From Neodothiora populina (taxonomy: Eukaryota), in the NCBI RefSeq assembly GCF_041146345.1, contig NW_027191405.1, forward strand, positions 1,302,001-1,366,000: a stretch of DNA of 64,000 nucleotides, written 5' to 3'. A program made the translations under genes and the position numbers. The notes beneath the pieces are model-generated. The model searched no databases. It was given only the letters and a program-made list of their open reading frames with translations, and had not been told where the DNA came from. Within the stretch, counting starts at the first letter, position 1. Every line of letters begins with the position of its first letter. Positions 12,501 through 23,218 of this stretch are shown piece after piece.

Positions 12501-12713
12501 GGATACTACTGGCTTCGACTCTCCACTTATTGAGCTCTTGGCTTTTGAAGTCTCGTCTGCTGCGATGGTCAAATCAGAGTTCTCTCCATCATTGCTGTTC
12601 GAAGTCACGTCTCCTGCAGGAGTGCCTGTTCCAGAAGATGTCTTGCTTGATGTTGGTGCTGGAGCGCGACCTTGTGCGGCTTGCGCATATGAAAATCCTG
12701 CTGCTGAAGACAT
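9546..12713 (-). CDS. La-motif RNA-binding protein with C-terminal DM15-like region (LARP1/Sro9/Slf1 family)
   Basis: 1055-aa ORF. La motif QIEYYFSVDNLIKDMFFRKHMDSQGYVFLSFVADFKRLKNL; family motif APPPAVNIW; RGG boxes; DM15-like MDVLYQFWSHFLIRNFNAQMYAEFRGLA. Confidence 0.92.
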   Translation of the reverse strand: MSSAAGFSYAQAAQGRAPAPTSSKTSSGTGTPAGDVTSNSNDGENSDLTIAADETSKAKSSISGESKPVVSSASSVTSPDAAASSISAKDDDGSSVQNASSESTWDSKSQSSEPIAKATETKKSKSKGEQDNSEEPAKERKAAKPKLTEAPPPAVNIWTQRAQALQSKPSAPAASTVRAPESTKKEQKSSDTRKRTGPTATHGQDQPQTQTQGHEGRSGNARGERNNAGRQGLDDAQKKASAGRSAPAANAPAPSNEVAWPSMETAREEERRRAQEKEEKADKEQAQIPAAKPVSKRDWNTLPITPNVIFETSLPTRGAPRGGRGGARGASHASGRAGHSGDRASARAQSLPNAESSVSKDQAEKADREAMPPPAKPARGSSESHWRDAAPFEPRAQEGVVTNGDVSLANGTSHDSGAEIAVNGSTVSGRQSSTKRGKHDSYKQSSDPLARRASVASRAGADGEAIESQNAKLSSTERRSESRPFDSSANPPTYREGKSKRGRGGHRGGLGNGHYNHASQNFPAEFFASAYAAPYQPQRGAHYSQNSRNGYRGANMRSQSIPIDDLGRAQTAYPAYPVQMMPGYAPMPDYYGNYAPVPYQPLIEQMYLLPQISQQIEYYFSVDNLIKDMFFRKHMDSQGYVFLSFVADFKRLKNLTTDYDLIKYVCLQSTNIELRTGDDGRDRLRKVGDHERWVLPMSERDPSAQNDGPARVERPAPPQLSILEQGPYTRGPHSAGPYERRFTEAPYHMNGMTPAFYPDGMEPGYSEHAGSEESRGRQVKSPGREHDASPFVVGADADGEADTFPNEALVTLTVVVRKSASPRPPYHNSNSRTFSDGSIDSKSIFEDSDKPKTNGAALTNGGSPTSAPKASTPAQTTATGTPVDDASVQLFWVKDREAPVDSLPADAGHEMYTHLHEKALSQRKVAATGTCPYDMDVLYQFWSHFLIRNFNAQMYAEFRGLAEQDAKSRHNNVGMANLLKYYNEATASQIPVRDRVARDYVSYVQGENASGERPALKQLRSAWRNGATNLKNRKKLSDIIDVSPDAASLKVELES

Positions 12714-15700
12714 GGTTGTCCGTTCTCTCAGATAGCTGGATATAGAGGGAAAAGTTGATCAAACGACTGGTGATCCGACAGATCAGTAGGCCCAAGAAGG
12801 GCGATTTCCAATGAAATCAATCGGAGACGCCGGAAACGCGCAAATAATTTTTGCTATTCGGGCAAGGTCAGACACAACGACCTCCCCGCACCCTGTCCGT
12901 ACCGCCAATTCCCTTAGCGGGCTGTTCTCGGAGGCTTGCGCAGGTATGGATGAGTTGTTGATGGATGCGCGAAGTGGTTGTGATTCGGATGCAAGTCTCA
13001 GGTGACAGGATGACTCTGAGTCACTGCGAATCCGGTGTAGCGACGGTATAGACTGCGTTTGTCAGAGTGGTGACTTTAAGAAATTTTGTTTCTAACGCTT
13101 GTGAAGAAACAGCTTGTGTAGAGGAAGTGCAAAAACCACTGAAGAGGCAAGAAAACTACCTTCTCAGACACAATCTTGTGGAGTCCGCTCATCTGGCCAA
13201 CAGATCATGATTGTAGTGAGAGAAAAGATAGACACATGCAGAAAGAACAGCATCAAACAAGGTGCAGAATCATGGATATGTCCGCAGCTTCATGGAGCTG
13301 AAGAAACGTACATGGAGACGCCCTGGTGGCAGATGGTAATTGGGATATTTGTGTATAACGCAGCAAGGCAGGGCAAAGCGAGGCCAGTATTATTTTCTTA
13401 CCTTTGAATCGACAGTGTGTGCGGAGATGCGAAAGTCTCAGCAGGCAGCGGATAGCAGGAAATCAACAAGCCAGCTCCTTCACGATGACCGAAAAAGTAC
13501 AAGGCAGATGCGTTTGGCGAAAAGATCAACTGAGCGACCACGGCCCCAATCGGAAGAGAAAGAAGACGAATTAGTTGCGGTGCAAGTGTGTTGCTTTGCC
13601 TTTGCGGTTCGTGGTTTTTCGGAGTGAGCACGGACCGGCAAGTGAAGACGATCGCGCAAAGCGGCTTTTCCTCGTGTGGCTTGTGGTTTGTCTGTCACCA
13701 AGTCTTGACCGCAAGAGAAGTCATGGAGAAGTGGGAATTGAGTATGTATTACAAAAGGGCAAACAAACGTGGGTCATGCAGAAGTAGCCGTGGTGTTACC
13801 GAGAGAGAGACACGTGGGAGACAATTCGGTGCCACAGATTCCCTCACTCGCAAATGGAGGCAGGTATAGGCATAGATCGAATGAGTCAAGTTGGAGACGA
13901 CAAAGTATGAGTACATGGACTGTATGGGGCTGGCCGAAGAGGGGTATTGAGAGGCAGCTACTGACCCAACACCAAGATTACCTTACCTTGTTGTTACCTG
14001 AACTTTACGTACTGTATGCGGCCTTTAATGATTTGCTCCTGCATCCTGCTTGCCCCTCCAGAGTGGAGCTGTTGAAGGAGACAAGATGCCACTATTCACA
14101 TCTCTACTGTGCGTGGTACTTGATCATGTTCTGAAGTACTTCAACTTGCCGTACTGCGCTGTACGCATTTCGGCTATAGTTTGCCTACCTTACCTTACCT
14201 CCGAGCAACGCCCGCAGCGGGAACTGTCGCCCTCTTTTCTCATCTACACAATGTGCTGCAAGCCTGGGCGCCATCATGCCCTGAGACGTCAGACATCCCG
14301 CTCCTATCTTGTCCTGTGATCGTTGCTGTTCCACACTGTCAGAATCGCGTGCCCTCTTCGCATAGAGCAATCACTCATATCGTGCAGTATAGTCTCTGGC
14401 TGATCTTTAATCAAGAACACGCGCCCAGCCATGAGACAGCAGCCGACTGCCGCTTCCAACTCTCTTCGCGCTGTATCCGCTTAGCATGACTCGCAGATCG
14501 ATTACCAGCCAGTCTCAATAGTTGTTGCAGTCTCGAAAGGCCCGGATGTGTGTGCTCCTTTACCCACAGACGTGGAGTTGCACCATCAAGGCTCAGAAAT
14601 TGCATCCTTGTCTTTACCTTGGCCTTTTGACAAATCTCAGGTCGTTGCACATGCTTATCATGCGTCACGTTTGCGTACTGCGGGCCGGTCAGCCCTCCTG
14701 ATGATTTACAAGGTCGAGCAACAGTGCCACAGATTGGCAGCTGCTGACGCGATGATTCAATCGTGCGCTTCGCTGTCACAGTATTGCTGACCGTATGCAT
14801 GTACTTTTGGCTTTCGTGCTCTTCGTATCTGTCTTGCTCAAGCAGGAAGGGCCTTAAGACGATTGTCGAAGCTTACGAATAACAGCTATTGTAAGTCCTC
14901 CCAAAACATTGTTTCAAAGTACATGACCAGGCCATTACAAGGAGCCTGGAACCACAGGATGGAAGGGAGGACCTTCGGACCCCTCGCGCATGCTGCCCTC
15001 ACGTCCCCACGCTCATCCGATTCGGCAACACTGTCATTTCCAAGTACTGCAGACACACCTCAGATGTTTCTCACGTCTATGATTTTCTCACTTTGCGGCG
15101 ATAAGGGCCTGACTATGTGGGGCTTACACAAGCATGATGCGATGACCGTGCCACGCTTGCAGTTCTATGCAATCATGCCTTGCTTGATCCAATGATTTTC
15201 ATGTGACAAATGGAGGGCCCGCTCTGCTGGGTTCTTCCATCAAGCAATCACAGGTCAGGGCGGCCGAATGGCAGAGCGCGTTGATCAACTTCTCAACACC
15301 TGCCATATGGATAAACCGAGAACGTAGCCTAGGATATCCTTGACTGCCTTCCGGAAATTATCCGGAGTAAATTGGACCCAGCATCCCGTCTTCACGACTC
15401 GGTCGAAGAAAGTTCAAAGCTGAACTGAGTCGTTATATTGTCTGGTGTCGATAATGTGTTACAATATTTACTGCATTGCGTAGCAGATGAAGCTCAGGGT
15501 TCCTTCTGCAAAGATCGTCAGGGCGACCGTTCGTCGTCACAAACAAGGGCCGGGATCTTGCGGCTCAATGTCCAAATCCATGCCGATACTTGTGCTTGAA
15601 GTTCATGCCAGTAGAAGCGACCACGAAAACCTCTGTACCATACTATAGGGTCAGACAGGCTAAAGGGTGCTGATTGGGTCATGTGAACAGCAACATTAGA

Positions 15701-16073
15701 CGAAGCCACTGACGATATACAAGGAGGTTGTCCCACACCTTTACTCTGATATTGAGATGGGATGAAGTCCTTCCGGTGAACAGGAGAAAATTGCCTAGCG
15801 CGGCGATAAGGTATTGCAAGCCGAGGTCTATTTTCCCCGGACCACCTTCCGGAGAAATCTTTCATAACGAGCTTTTTCGAGCACTCAGGCCGGTCTCGGC
15901 TAAAGGCATCGCGGCGTTGGTCAGACCCTGAAATGTATCGGATGCACGGGCACTCCGAGAAATTTCAATTGACCATTGCTCTCGTAATTATCCTGCAGGA
16001 ACGAAGATTTATTGACGACAGGATTACTTGGTCATTGAACGACTTTTACTATACTTTCCAAAGTACAAAAAGT

Positions 16074-16177
16074 TGGACTAGCCGCGAATCGAACGCGGGA
16101 CCTTCTCCACTCAGTCAGAGCCACGATTGATCAACCGAAGATGCTAAGAAGACGTTATACCACTAAACCACAAGCCC
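16074..16177 (-). tRNA. tRNA-Ala (AGC) with 32-nt intron
   Basis: GGGCTTGTGGTTTAGTGGTATAACGTCTTCTTAGCA-[intron 16141-16110]-TGGAGAAGGTCCCGCGTTCGATTCGCGGCTAGTCCA. It has the G3.U70 Ala identity pair, anticodon at 16145-16143, the intron at the canonical 37/38 position and a T5 Pol III terminator directly downstream. Confidence 0.95.
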
Positions 16178-16374
16178 TTTTTGATGAAGTGGCCAGCACC
16201 TAGTGGGATTATGTACTGGATGACAATAAAACTTAACAGTTGCGTATGGTCGATAGAACTGGTTGCTCTACCTTGGAAGCGTCCTTCCTGCTGCCTTCAC
16301 CACTTCGATATGCAAGATCATATCAGCTAATGTTAGCGTATGGCCATATCCTGTGCGATACTACAGGAACGACT

Positions 16375-17418
16375 TCAATTCCGCCTCTTTTCCGTTCCAG
16401 CTTGGCCATAATAGGCTCCACCGAATTCCAGACTACCCCTTTTGAAGTGCTCCTCTTGGACCTTTCTCCATCCTCCCAACAGCCACCCTTCTGCCTCCCA
16501 TACCTCGACTGTAATGTCAGCTTCGAAGCTTTGCCCCAGGAAGTTTTCTCGGTGTCCTTCCGCGAATGGCGAGCTGAGACCGAAGAAGGTTCCCTTGGGA
16601 GCACGGGCCTTGACAACGAGTTTCTGTGTCCAGGATTGTACGCTGAGTTCGAAAGTCCGATCTTCCCACTTCGGTGTAGCTTGCATCGTCGGACTCCATC
16701 CTCCGACTTGTACGGCCAGAGGTGGTCGAAACGTAAGACTGTGGCATGGGTTCTTGGACATATACCCCAGTAGGTAAGCCTCCAGTCCCAGGATCTGGCC
16801 TCCGGCGATACAAATTCCACTGTTGGTGGCTTCGTCTCGGGCTTGCACCCAGATATGCGCAGATGGGAACGAGTTGGCCCAATTCTTCTCCTGGTGCACC
16901 AGTGCTTTACCGGATCGATCTACTTGTGGTAGAGACGTTCCTTCGTGGTCATGGATCTGAAGCGTAAAGTCCACTTTGCTTGAGAGGGATTGCACATGCC
17001 AATGAAGAGGTATTGGAAAGTAAACCAACAATCCTTCCGGAGTAGACATCGATGGTGACCACGGTGTACGGGACTTTGTCTTTGCAGTAAAGTTGAAGTG
17101 TTCGTTGGCAATGGCATACTCTGTTGTCGAGTCTTCGTGACATATCACACGACCGCCGGGGAAATGCTGTTCGAAAGTAACACCTGAGCCTGATGGAGAA
17201 GCTGACGGCACAGGCATATCAAGTCTTTCTACCCAGAGCTCCTTTTGGTAGATCTTTGATGTATCTCGCGGTACATATGTAAATGATATCATGTGCGGCT
17301 TCTTCGTCGCTCCCGGTACTGTACAGATGATGAGAGCCAGGTGAGCGCCTGAGGGTAACTTGAATTTCGAATAGTAGCCTTCGAATGTGGCGCTCGGGTG
17401 AGGCTTGTAGTGCTCCAT
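16375..17418 (-). CDS. Tocopherol cyclase-like protein
   Basis: Intronless 347-aa ORF. N-terminal FEGYYSKF and central HQEKNWANSFPSAHIWVQ resemble the tocopherol cyclase signatures FEGWYFK and EKNWGxSFPxxWxWVQ. Also LHWHVQSL and C-terminal SLEFGGAYY. Confidence 0.75.
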   Translation of the reverse strand: MEHYKPHPSATFEGYYSKFKLPSGAHLALIICTVPGATKKPHMISFTYVPRDTSKIYQKELWVERLDMPVPSASPSGSGVTFEQHFPGGRVICHEDSTTEYAIANEHFNFTAKTKSRTPWSPSMSTPEGLLVYFPIPLHWHVQSLSSKVDFTLQIHDHEGTSLPQVDRSGKALVHQEKNWANSFPSAHIWVQARDEATNSGICIAGGQILGLEAYLLGYMSKNPCHSLTFRPPLAVQVGGWSPTMQATPKWEDRTFELSVQSWTQKLVVKARAPKGTFFGLSSPFAEGHRENFLGQSFEADITVEVWEAEGWLLGGWRKVQEEHFKRGSLEFGGAYYGQAGTEKRRN

Positions 17419-18153
17419 TGTAAGGCACCTTATGCTGCACGAAGTCCAATATGAAGCTGATGTGAAATAGAAGATCTAATGAGTTCGAGGTAGGAGCTTC
17501 CAGTCACGATTATTCCATCAAACAATATGTGACTTAGAAGCGATTTCAGCTGTCTCTGGGTTCACCCAATTACTGTATGAGCGCCTGACGTCGATTCGAA
17601 GGCTTTTAGTGTAGCACAGCAAAGGAGAACAGCAACGTGCAACCCTCTCGAACTCCGTATGTTGGCTTTTTTACCTCGAGCATCCATCAATCCAGTGTCA
17701 GTAACGTAGGGTAGTTTCATTGTTCCACGCATGTGGTAGCGGCAATAATGATGTCATACATCACCAAGCCAATACTCAAACGTCTGGAATCTCAACTTAT
17801 GCAGGACATGCCGATAAGGTAGTTAAGTTATGTAGAGATATTCGAAGTCATTTAGATACCTTAGGGGGGCTTGAATCTGGATTTGATGGTTAGAATCGGA
17901 ATGATAGTGATTCAGAAAGCTCAGATAGGACAAAGCATGGATCTGCAATGACATATCGCAAGCCCACCTTCTCTTCACATTTGTCCGCGATTTTAAAGCA
18001 AGGCAGCGCGAGAACAACACAAAATTCAAGCGTTGATTAGCATCACATCAAAAACATATGAGATTATTGGGAACGAATACATAGCAAAAGTCGACGCTCC
18101 GGTGGCTCTAGCCGATTGATTTGTGCTGTATTGCAAAAAGACAAAAGAAATCG

Positions 18154-18225
18154 TAGCTAAGCTTGGTTTCGATCCAAGGCCCTCCGGGTTATGAGCCCGG
18201 CGCGCTTCCGCTGCGCCACTCAGCT
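18154..18225 (-). tRNA. Initiator tRNA-Met (CAT)
   Basis: AGCTGAGTGGCGCAGCGGAAGCGCGCCGGGCTCATAACCCGGAGGGCCTTGGATCGAAACCAAGCTTAGCTA. It shows the eukaryotic initiator features A1:U72, three G-C pairs closing the anticodon stem and T-loop ATCGAAA (A54/A60). Confidence 0.96.
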
Positions 18226-18468
18226 GATTTGCTACAGATAGTGTATATTGTCTGACATATATAGTATTTTACTTTCCTTGACAATAACCATCATTATTCT
18301 GTCGTTCATGATGTACGATGAGATCATTTCTATGTGAATTGTGATCTGAGAAGGTCGCCATTAAGGAACACCCTAGATGCTGCACAGAGGACAGAAGAAC
18401 CGGCATGTGCTGCAGTGATTGTGCCGCGAAGATGCCAAGGGTCGGTCACGTTCGGCAATCTTAAGAAG

Positions 18469-18474
18469 CCTCGG
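18469..18474. promoter_or_regulatory. Candidate FarA/Ctf1-type fatty-acid response element (CCTCGG)
   Basis: CCTCGG lies about 185 bp upstream of a PTS1-bearing hydrolase ATG and matches the known FarA core. A single 6-mer can occur by chance. Confidence 0.3.
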
Positions 18475-18658
18475 TAAGGTCGATCTCTCGAGTATGGACC
18501 ATAAACCACCTCTTGTATACCATATACACCACGCTGTAGATACAATCATTTCTAGTGACAGTGGTGAAGCCTTGTGTATAATTTCTCGTTACTCTACAGT
18601 ATAGCTACTTGGAATACTAGGTCACGATCATTCTTCGGTATCATTGCTCTTCTTTCCA

Positions 18659-20024
18659 ATGTCAACCTCTGTGTTCGCTCTGACGGAGCACGTCTTGCCG
18701 TGTTCGTATATACGTGAATATCCGCTCGCCACTGCAGAATCAAGCGAAGATCCTCTGTTCCTTGCAATAAAGCAATACACACCAAAGGATAATCCACATC
18801 CACGCAAAGGAGACTTGACTATTATCGGTGCTCACGCGAATGGATTTCCCAAGGTAAGTGATGCACTTGTAACACTTGTATCCTAGATCGCTGACGGTTC
18901 TCAGGAGCTTTATGAACCTCTTTGGGACGAGCTCTACGCGAAGTTGAAGGCTAATAACATTCGTATACGGAGCATATGGATCGCGGACGCAGCACATCAA
19001 GGGCAATCTGGAGTGATCAACGAGAAGACACTAGGCAATGACCGTAAGTGAATGAACAAGCTGAAAAGTATGGCAGAGCTGATTACCCCAAGCGTCGTGG
19101 TACGACCATTCACGAGATCTCTTCCTCATGATTAACCATTTCCGCGCTCAGATGTCTCCTCCGTTCATCGGCGTAGGCCACAGCATGGGCGGATTCCATC
19201 TAGCGAACTTGGCACTGATACATCCGAGTCTTTTCACGACTCTGATCCTCATAGACCCAGTGATTCAGCGAGTCACGAACCCAGAAGGCAATTACGCGCC
19301 AGCCAAAGCATCAACAAGGCGACGAGACCGATGGCCCAGCCGCGAAGCCGCTCGAACCGCCTTCAAGAAATCCAAATTCTACCAGACCTGGGACCCCAGA
19401 GTCCTGGACTTGTGGATCGATCACGGCATCCGTGACTTGCCATCCGAGCTCTACCCAACTCATGAACCAGAGGAAGTGACGCTCACCACCAGTAAACACC
19501 AGGAAGTCGCGACATTCATGCGTGGCAACTTCCCCGGTCCACTGAATCCGGCTCCATTGACTGCGCCGAGTCCGCTGACACATGGTGATGTCGATGTCTC
19601 CCTCGAGGACATATCGCCATTTTATCGCCCCGAGGCACTGGCTGTGTTCCAGCGACTGCCCTTCCTCAATCCAAGTGTTCTGTACATCTTTGGCGCTGAG
19701 TCGAGTCTATCGCAACCTCATCTGCGTGCAGACAAGATGGCTATGACGGGTGTTGGGGTCGGAGGCAGTGGTGGCCAAGCCAAAGGTCGCGTCAGCGAGG
19801 TCGTGCTCGATGCTGGACATTTGATCCCGATGGAGAAGGTCACTGCGACTGCTGACGAGTGTTCTGGGTGGATCGGTAAGCAAGTCACGAGGTGGAGTGA
19901 GGAGGAAAAGACTATCGAGGCTATCAGACAGTCGATCCCGAGGGAGCGAAGGGCGCAGTTGACGGATGAATTTGTCAAGTATGCTAGTGGTGATTTCTTT
20001 GGGAAGAAGAAATCGAAGTTATGA
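18659..20024 (+). CDS. Peroxisomal alpha/beta hydrolase (Lpx1-like lipase/esterase)
   Basis: Exons 18659-18853, 18905-19043, 19093-20024. Motifs IIGAHANGFPKELYEPLW, IWIADAAHQG, nucleophile GVGHSMGG, LIDPVI, AGHLIPME; C-terminal PTS1 -SKL. Confidence 0.9.
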
Positions 20025-20401
20025 GGTCTTCATGATTCTCACGTAGATATTGTACCTTGCAGATGCGCTTCAGTAGTGGAAGCGGAAAATCTTAACGTCT
20101 GTGTCTCATACCACACTTAAGCTACCTTCGAGATCTATGCAGAAGGACTTCAACCGACCATACAACGAAGCACGTGCACCACCAAGAGGACACTGTGAAG
20201 CACATTATATAACATCAAATAAAGCAATATGAAGATGTAAAGTTGTTTAATTAATTGTCTTTGCATAGATGGATCTGGGATCAAGAGCCATCCACAACGC
20301 CTCCCAAATGTGATAGAGAGATAGAAAAGAAATATAGAAATGAGATACGAAATAGTAACGTAATGTTACAAAGGGTGATGGATCAAAGCCATAGCTAACG
20401 C

Positions 20402-21331
20402 TTAGAAAGCAAAAGCAATGAGACCGAGAAGACCAGCGCCGAGAGCGGCACCGGCCTTGACGGCACCGCCAGTGTACGATGAAGGCGTGGCTGAGGGGCT
20501 CTTGGGGCTGGTAGAGTTGGACATGCTGCCGCTGGTGGAGTTGGACATTGCGCCGCCGGCAAGGGTGGAGTTGGCAACGGCGGGTTCCATGGTCATGGGG
20601 TAAGCGGCGCAAGTAGCGTTAGGAGACAGAACGCAGTCGTCGGCCTGGCAGATGGACTGGAGCTGGGGTCCCTGAGCGGGGATGACAGTGGTGGGGGGAG
20701 CGCACTTGACGTTGAAGATGGAGTTGAGAGCCTTGCCGACAATGGCAATGTCGGCCTCAGCGACGCCGAACGAGGCAGCAGCAAGCGCGACGTTCTGGAT
20801 GAACCAACCGACCTCGGCGGCATCGAGGTCCATGAATCTGTGGACGGAGGCTTGGGAGCCAAAGCCAGCGTAGGCAGGGAAGCCTGTGGCGGAGCAACCG
20901 AGGAGGGCACCGAAGTACTGGTACAAGTGTGTGAGGAGCATGTACTGCTTCGAGTCTTTGCCATTGGAAGGCATGTTCTTCATGAGAGGAGCGGCACCAC
21001 CGTCGTCAAGGAAGTTGATGGCGACACCGGAGCTGCCACCACGGTTGGACGAAGCAAGTCCGCCGTTGAAGTAAGGCAGGAGGTTGACTTCGGTTCCCAT
21101 GTAGTTACCCTTGGCAAGGATACCAGGGACGGCGACGCCAACATTGGGTTTCGTGTAGTTGCCAATGACAACTGTGTTCACGAGGAGGGTCAGGAGGGTC
21201 AACTGGTTGGCGCCAGTGTCGTCCTTCAGGAGAGCAGTGGTGTAGTAGCTGCAGATGGTGGTGTTTTCGGGTCTTTGAGCGAAAGCAGGGACAGTGGCCG
21301 CAAGGCCTGCAACAACAGTGGAGACACGCAT
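20402..21331 (-). CDS. Secreted, probably GPI-anchored protein with a truncated (2/2) globin-like core
   Basis: 309 aa from ATG 21331. Signal peptide MRVSTVVAGLAATVPAFA, then a helical core with LLPYFNG and HLYQYFGALLGC..PAYAG..SQASVHRFMDL..FGVAEADI, a Cys-rich segment, a Ser/Thr linker and the hydrophobic tail GAVKAGAALGAGLLGLIAFAF. Codons are strongly C-ending. The CDS is secure; the globin call is a by-eye alignment. Confidence 0.8.
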   Translation of the reverse strand: MRVSTVVAGLAATVPAFAQRPENTTICSYYTTALLKDDTGANQLTLLTLLVNTVVIGNYTKPNVGVAVPGILAKGNYMGTEVNLLPYFNGGLASSNRGGSSGVAINFLDDGGAAPLMKNMPSNGKDSKQYMLLTHLYQYFGALLGCSATGFPAYAGFGSQASVHRFMDLDAAEVGWFIQNVALAAASFGVAEADIAIVGKALNSIFNVKCAPPTTVIPAQGPQLQSICQADDCVLSPNATCAAYPMTMEPAVANSTLAGGAMSNSTSGSMSNSTSPKSPSATPSSYTGGAVKAGAALGAGLLGLIAFAF

Positions 21332-22297
21332 TATGATTAGTGGTAGATAGACTCGTTGACAAGGATGAATCTTCTTTGCGCAAGGAAAACGAATGTGAGG
21401 TGATGAGGTGAGAAAAGATGAAAGCGACAATGTTCTCTTACCTGTTATTTGTACTTTGTCTTGAATACCTTACATTCCTTACCAAAACGGCGCGATCACC
21501 ATGCCTTTACCCTCCTTGTTGTGCTAATTTCAAATTATCCCACCATTCGAATCCAATAAGATGCTATGGACGGGACAGAGTACGGTTTCACGTCATAGTT
21601 GCAATCAGTACCGCTCCCAGCGAAAATCAACCAACCAATTACCTCACCCCAATTTGTATTATGACTTCGTTGGTGCTGTTGTGGGGTCTCACGGCCAACG
21701 ATGAGGCCTCAATTAGGCAGCGCCGGTGCTAGTAGTCTGGTGCTTGGTGATTCTTAACATGTTTTGGTATGAGTCCGGATCAAGACGTTTCCGACACTAC
21801 CTCCTGAGCACGGATGGGAAATTGCGAGCGATCGTTGTCAAAACAGGCATAACCAAGACAGGCAGCTGGAAACATTGGAGGAGGTGGACGACATAGCCAA
21901 TGAGCAGCGTTGGATTACAGCGCGGAGGGGGCCAAAAGCGGTGGATGTGACACGTGCGTTGAAAAATGCGGAGGCGACAAAGATTCGATCGTTTAGTTTA
22001 ATATTAAGCTTGAAAATAGTGCGAAATAGCGCCCGTTCAAGCATGGATCTTTGGTCGAGACCGGCTAAGCCAAGTATCGAATGCTCAATGCGGAGTCTGC
22101 AATCGAAGAGAGCATTCGTAGGTGGCTGCGATCGTCCCAGAAAGAGCGTCTTGCGCTCATCTGCCAGATAACACCAGTGAAACTATGACTGACAAATTTC
22201 AGGCACAATGCAGGGACCCGGAAAGTGTAAGGCCCTCTGGGTTGTTATACTTACATAGTAGTGAGTAGGACCCGACCGAACGGAAAAGAGCTACATT

Positions 22298-23218
22298 TTA
22301 TTTGCTTTTGAAAGCACTCTTCTCTTTGATCCAGGTTTCCATATCAATAAGACCGGGATGGATCTTTTTCAATCCTGGGATGTCGGCTCTGTAGCCATCA
22401 CTACCGAACCAGCCGATCATATGACCGAGTTCAGAGACGCCCCACATGAGCGCGGATCCAAGGAATGAGAATGTGGTACCTAGGGGTGATCCGGTAGCAT
22501 TCTCGAAGGCTTTGTCGAGCTGCGGCACGGTCAACTCAGCGCCAGCCAATCCGACTGCCTCGTGGTTCCACTCCTCGGGCTTAGCGAAGGCCTGTGCTGC
22601 AAAATATCCAATGTCTGCGGTTGCGACCCATTGCATTGGCTTGCTATCGCCAAGGGTGTTGTGCACAGCAGTCATGAAAACCTTTGTAGGGAATGCGGGC
22701 TGAAGATTGTCCATGAATGCCACTGGTCGGAGGATAGTCCAGCCCATCTGAGCAGCGTGATCACGAAGGTGGATCTCGATAAGCTGCTTTGTTTGAAAAT
22801 GGGGGACGGGCGTCGGCGTGTCCCAGCTCTTCTCGTCACCGCCTCGCTCGACACTACTGTAAACGAAATGCTTGACCCCGTGCTTGACGCTCTCGTCAAC
22901 AAGGTCACAACCTTGCTTGACTTCGCCCTCGAACGTGACTCCCTTGCCCATTGAGATTTGGACCGAGTAGACACCCCAAATGGGTTGTTTTGCAACCTCA
23001 CTTGCGCTTTTGAATAATGTCGGAACATCGTCCAGGTTGCCCTCGACGAGCTTGATAGATGCAGCCTTCCCAGCGAGCTTCTGCGCGCTGCCACTTCTGG
23101 CATCGCGCGTCACTGCTAGAATCGTGTAGTCTGAAGCATTTGGTAAATCCAGGAGAGAGTCGATAACAGCACCGCCTTGCTTGCCTGTGGCGCCGGTGAC
23201 AAGGATATTCTTAGACAT
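22298..23218 (-). CDS. NmrA-like family NAD(P)-binding protein
   Basis: ILVTGATGKQGGAVI Rossmann motif, LAVTRD, GVKHFVYSSVERGG, PHFQTK, WTILRPVAFMDN; intronless. Confidence 0.92.
   Translation of the reverse strand: MSKNILVTGATGKQGGAVIDSLLDLPNASDYTILAVTRDARSGSAQKLAGKAASIKLVEGNLDDVPTLFKSASEVAKQPIWGVYSVQISMGKGVTFEGEVKQGCDLVDESVKHGVKHFVYSSVERGGDEKSWDTPTPVPHFQTKQLIEIHLRDHAAQMGWTILRPVAFMDNLQPAFPTKVFMTAVHNTLGDSKPMQWVATADIGYFAAQAFAKPEEWNHEAVGLAGAELTVPQLDKAFENATGSPLGTTFSFLGSALMWGVSELGHMIGWFGSDGYRADIPGLKKIHPGLIDMETWIKEKSAFKSK

Noticed and set aside
14000..16050. Short ORFs in the long intergenic region upstream of the LARP-like gene
   Set aside because: No recognisable domain, consistent splice structure or transposon motif. 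A decayed gene cannot be excluded.
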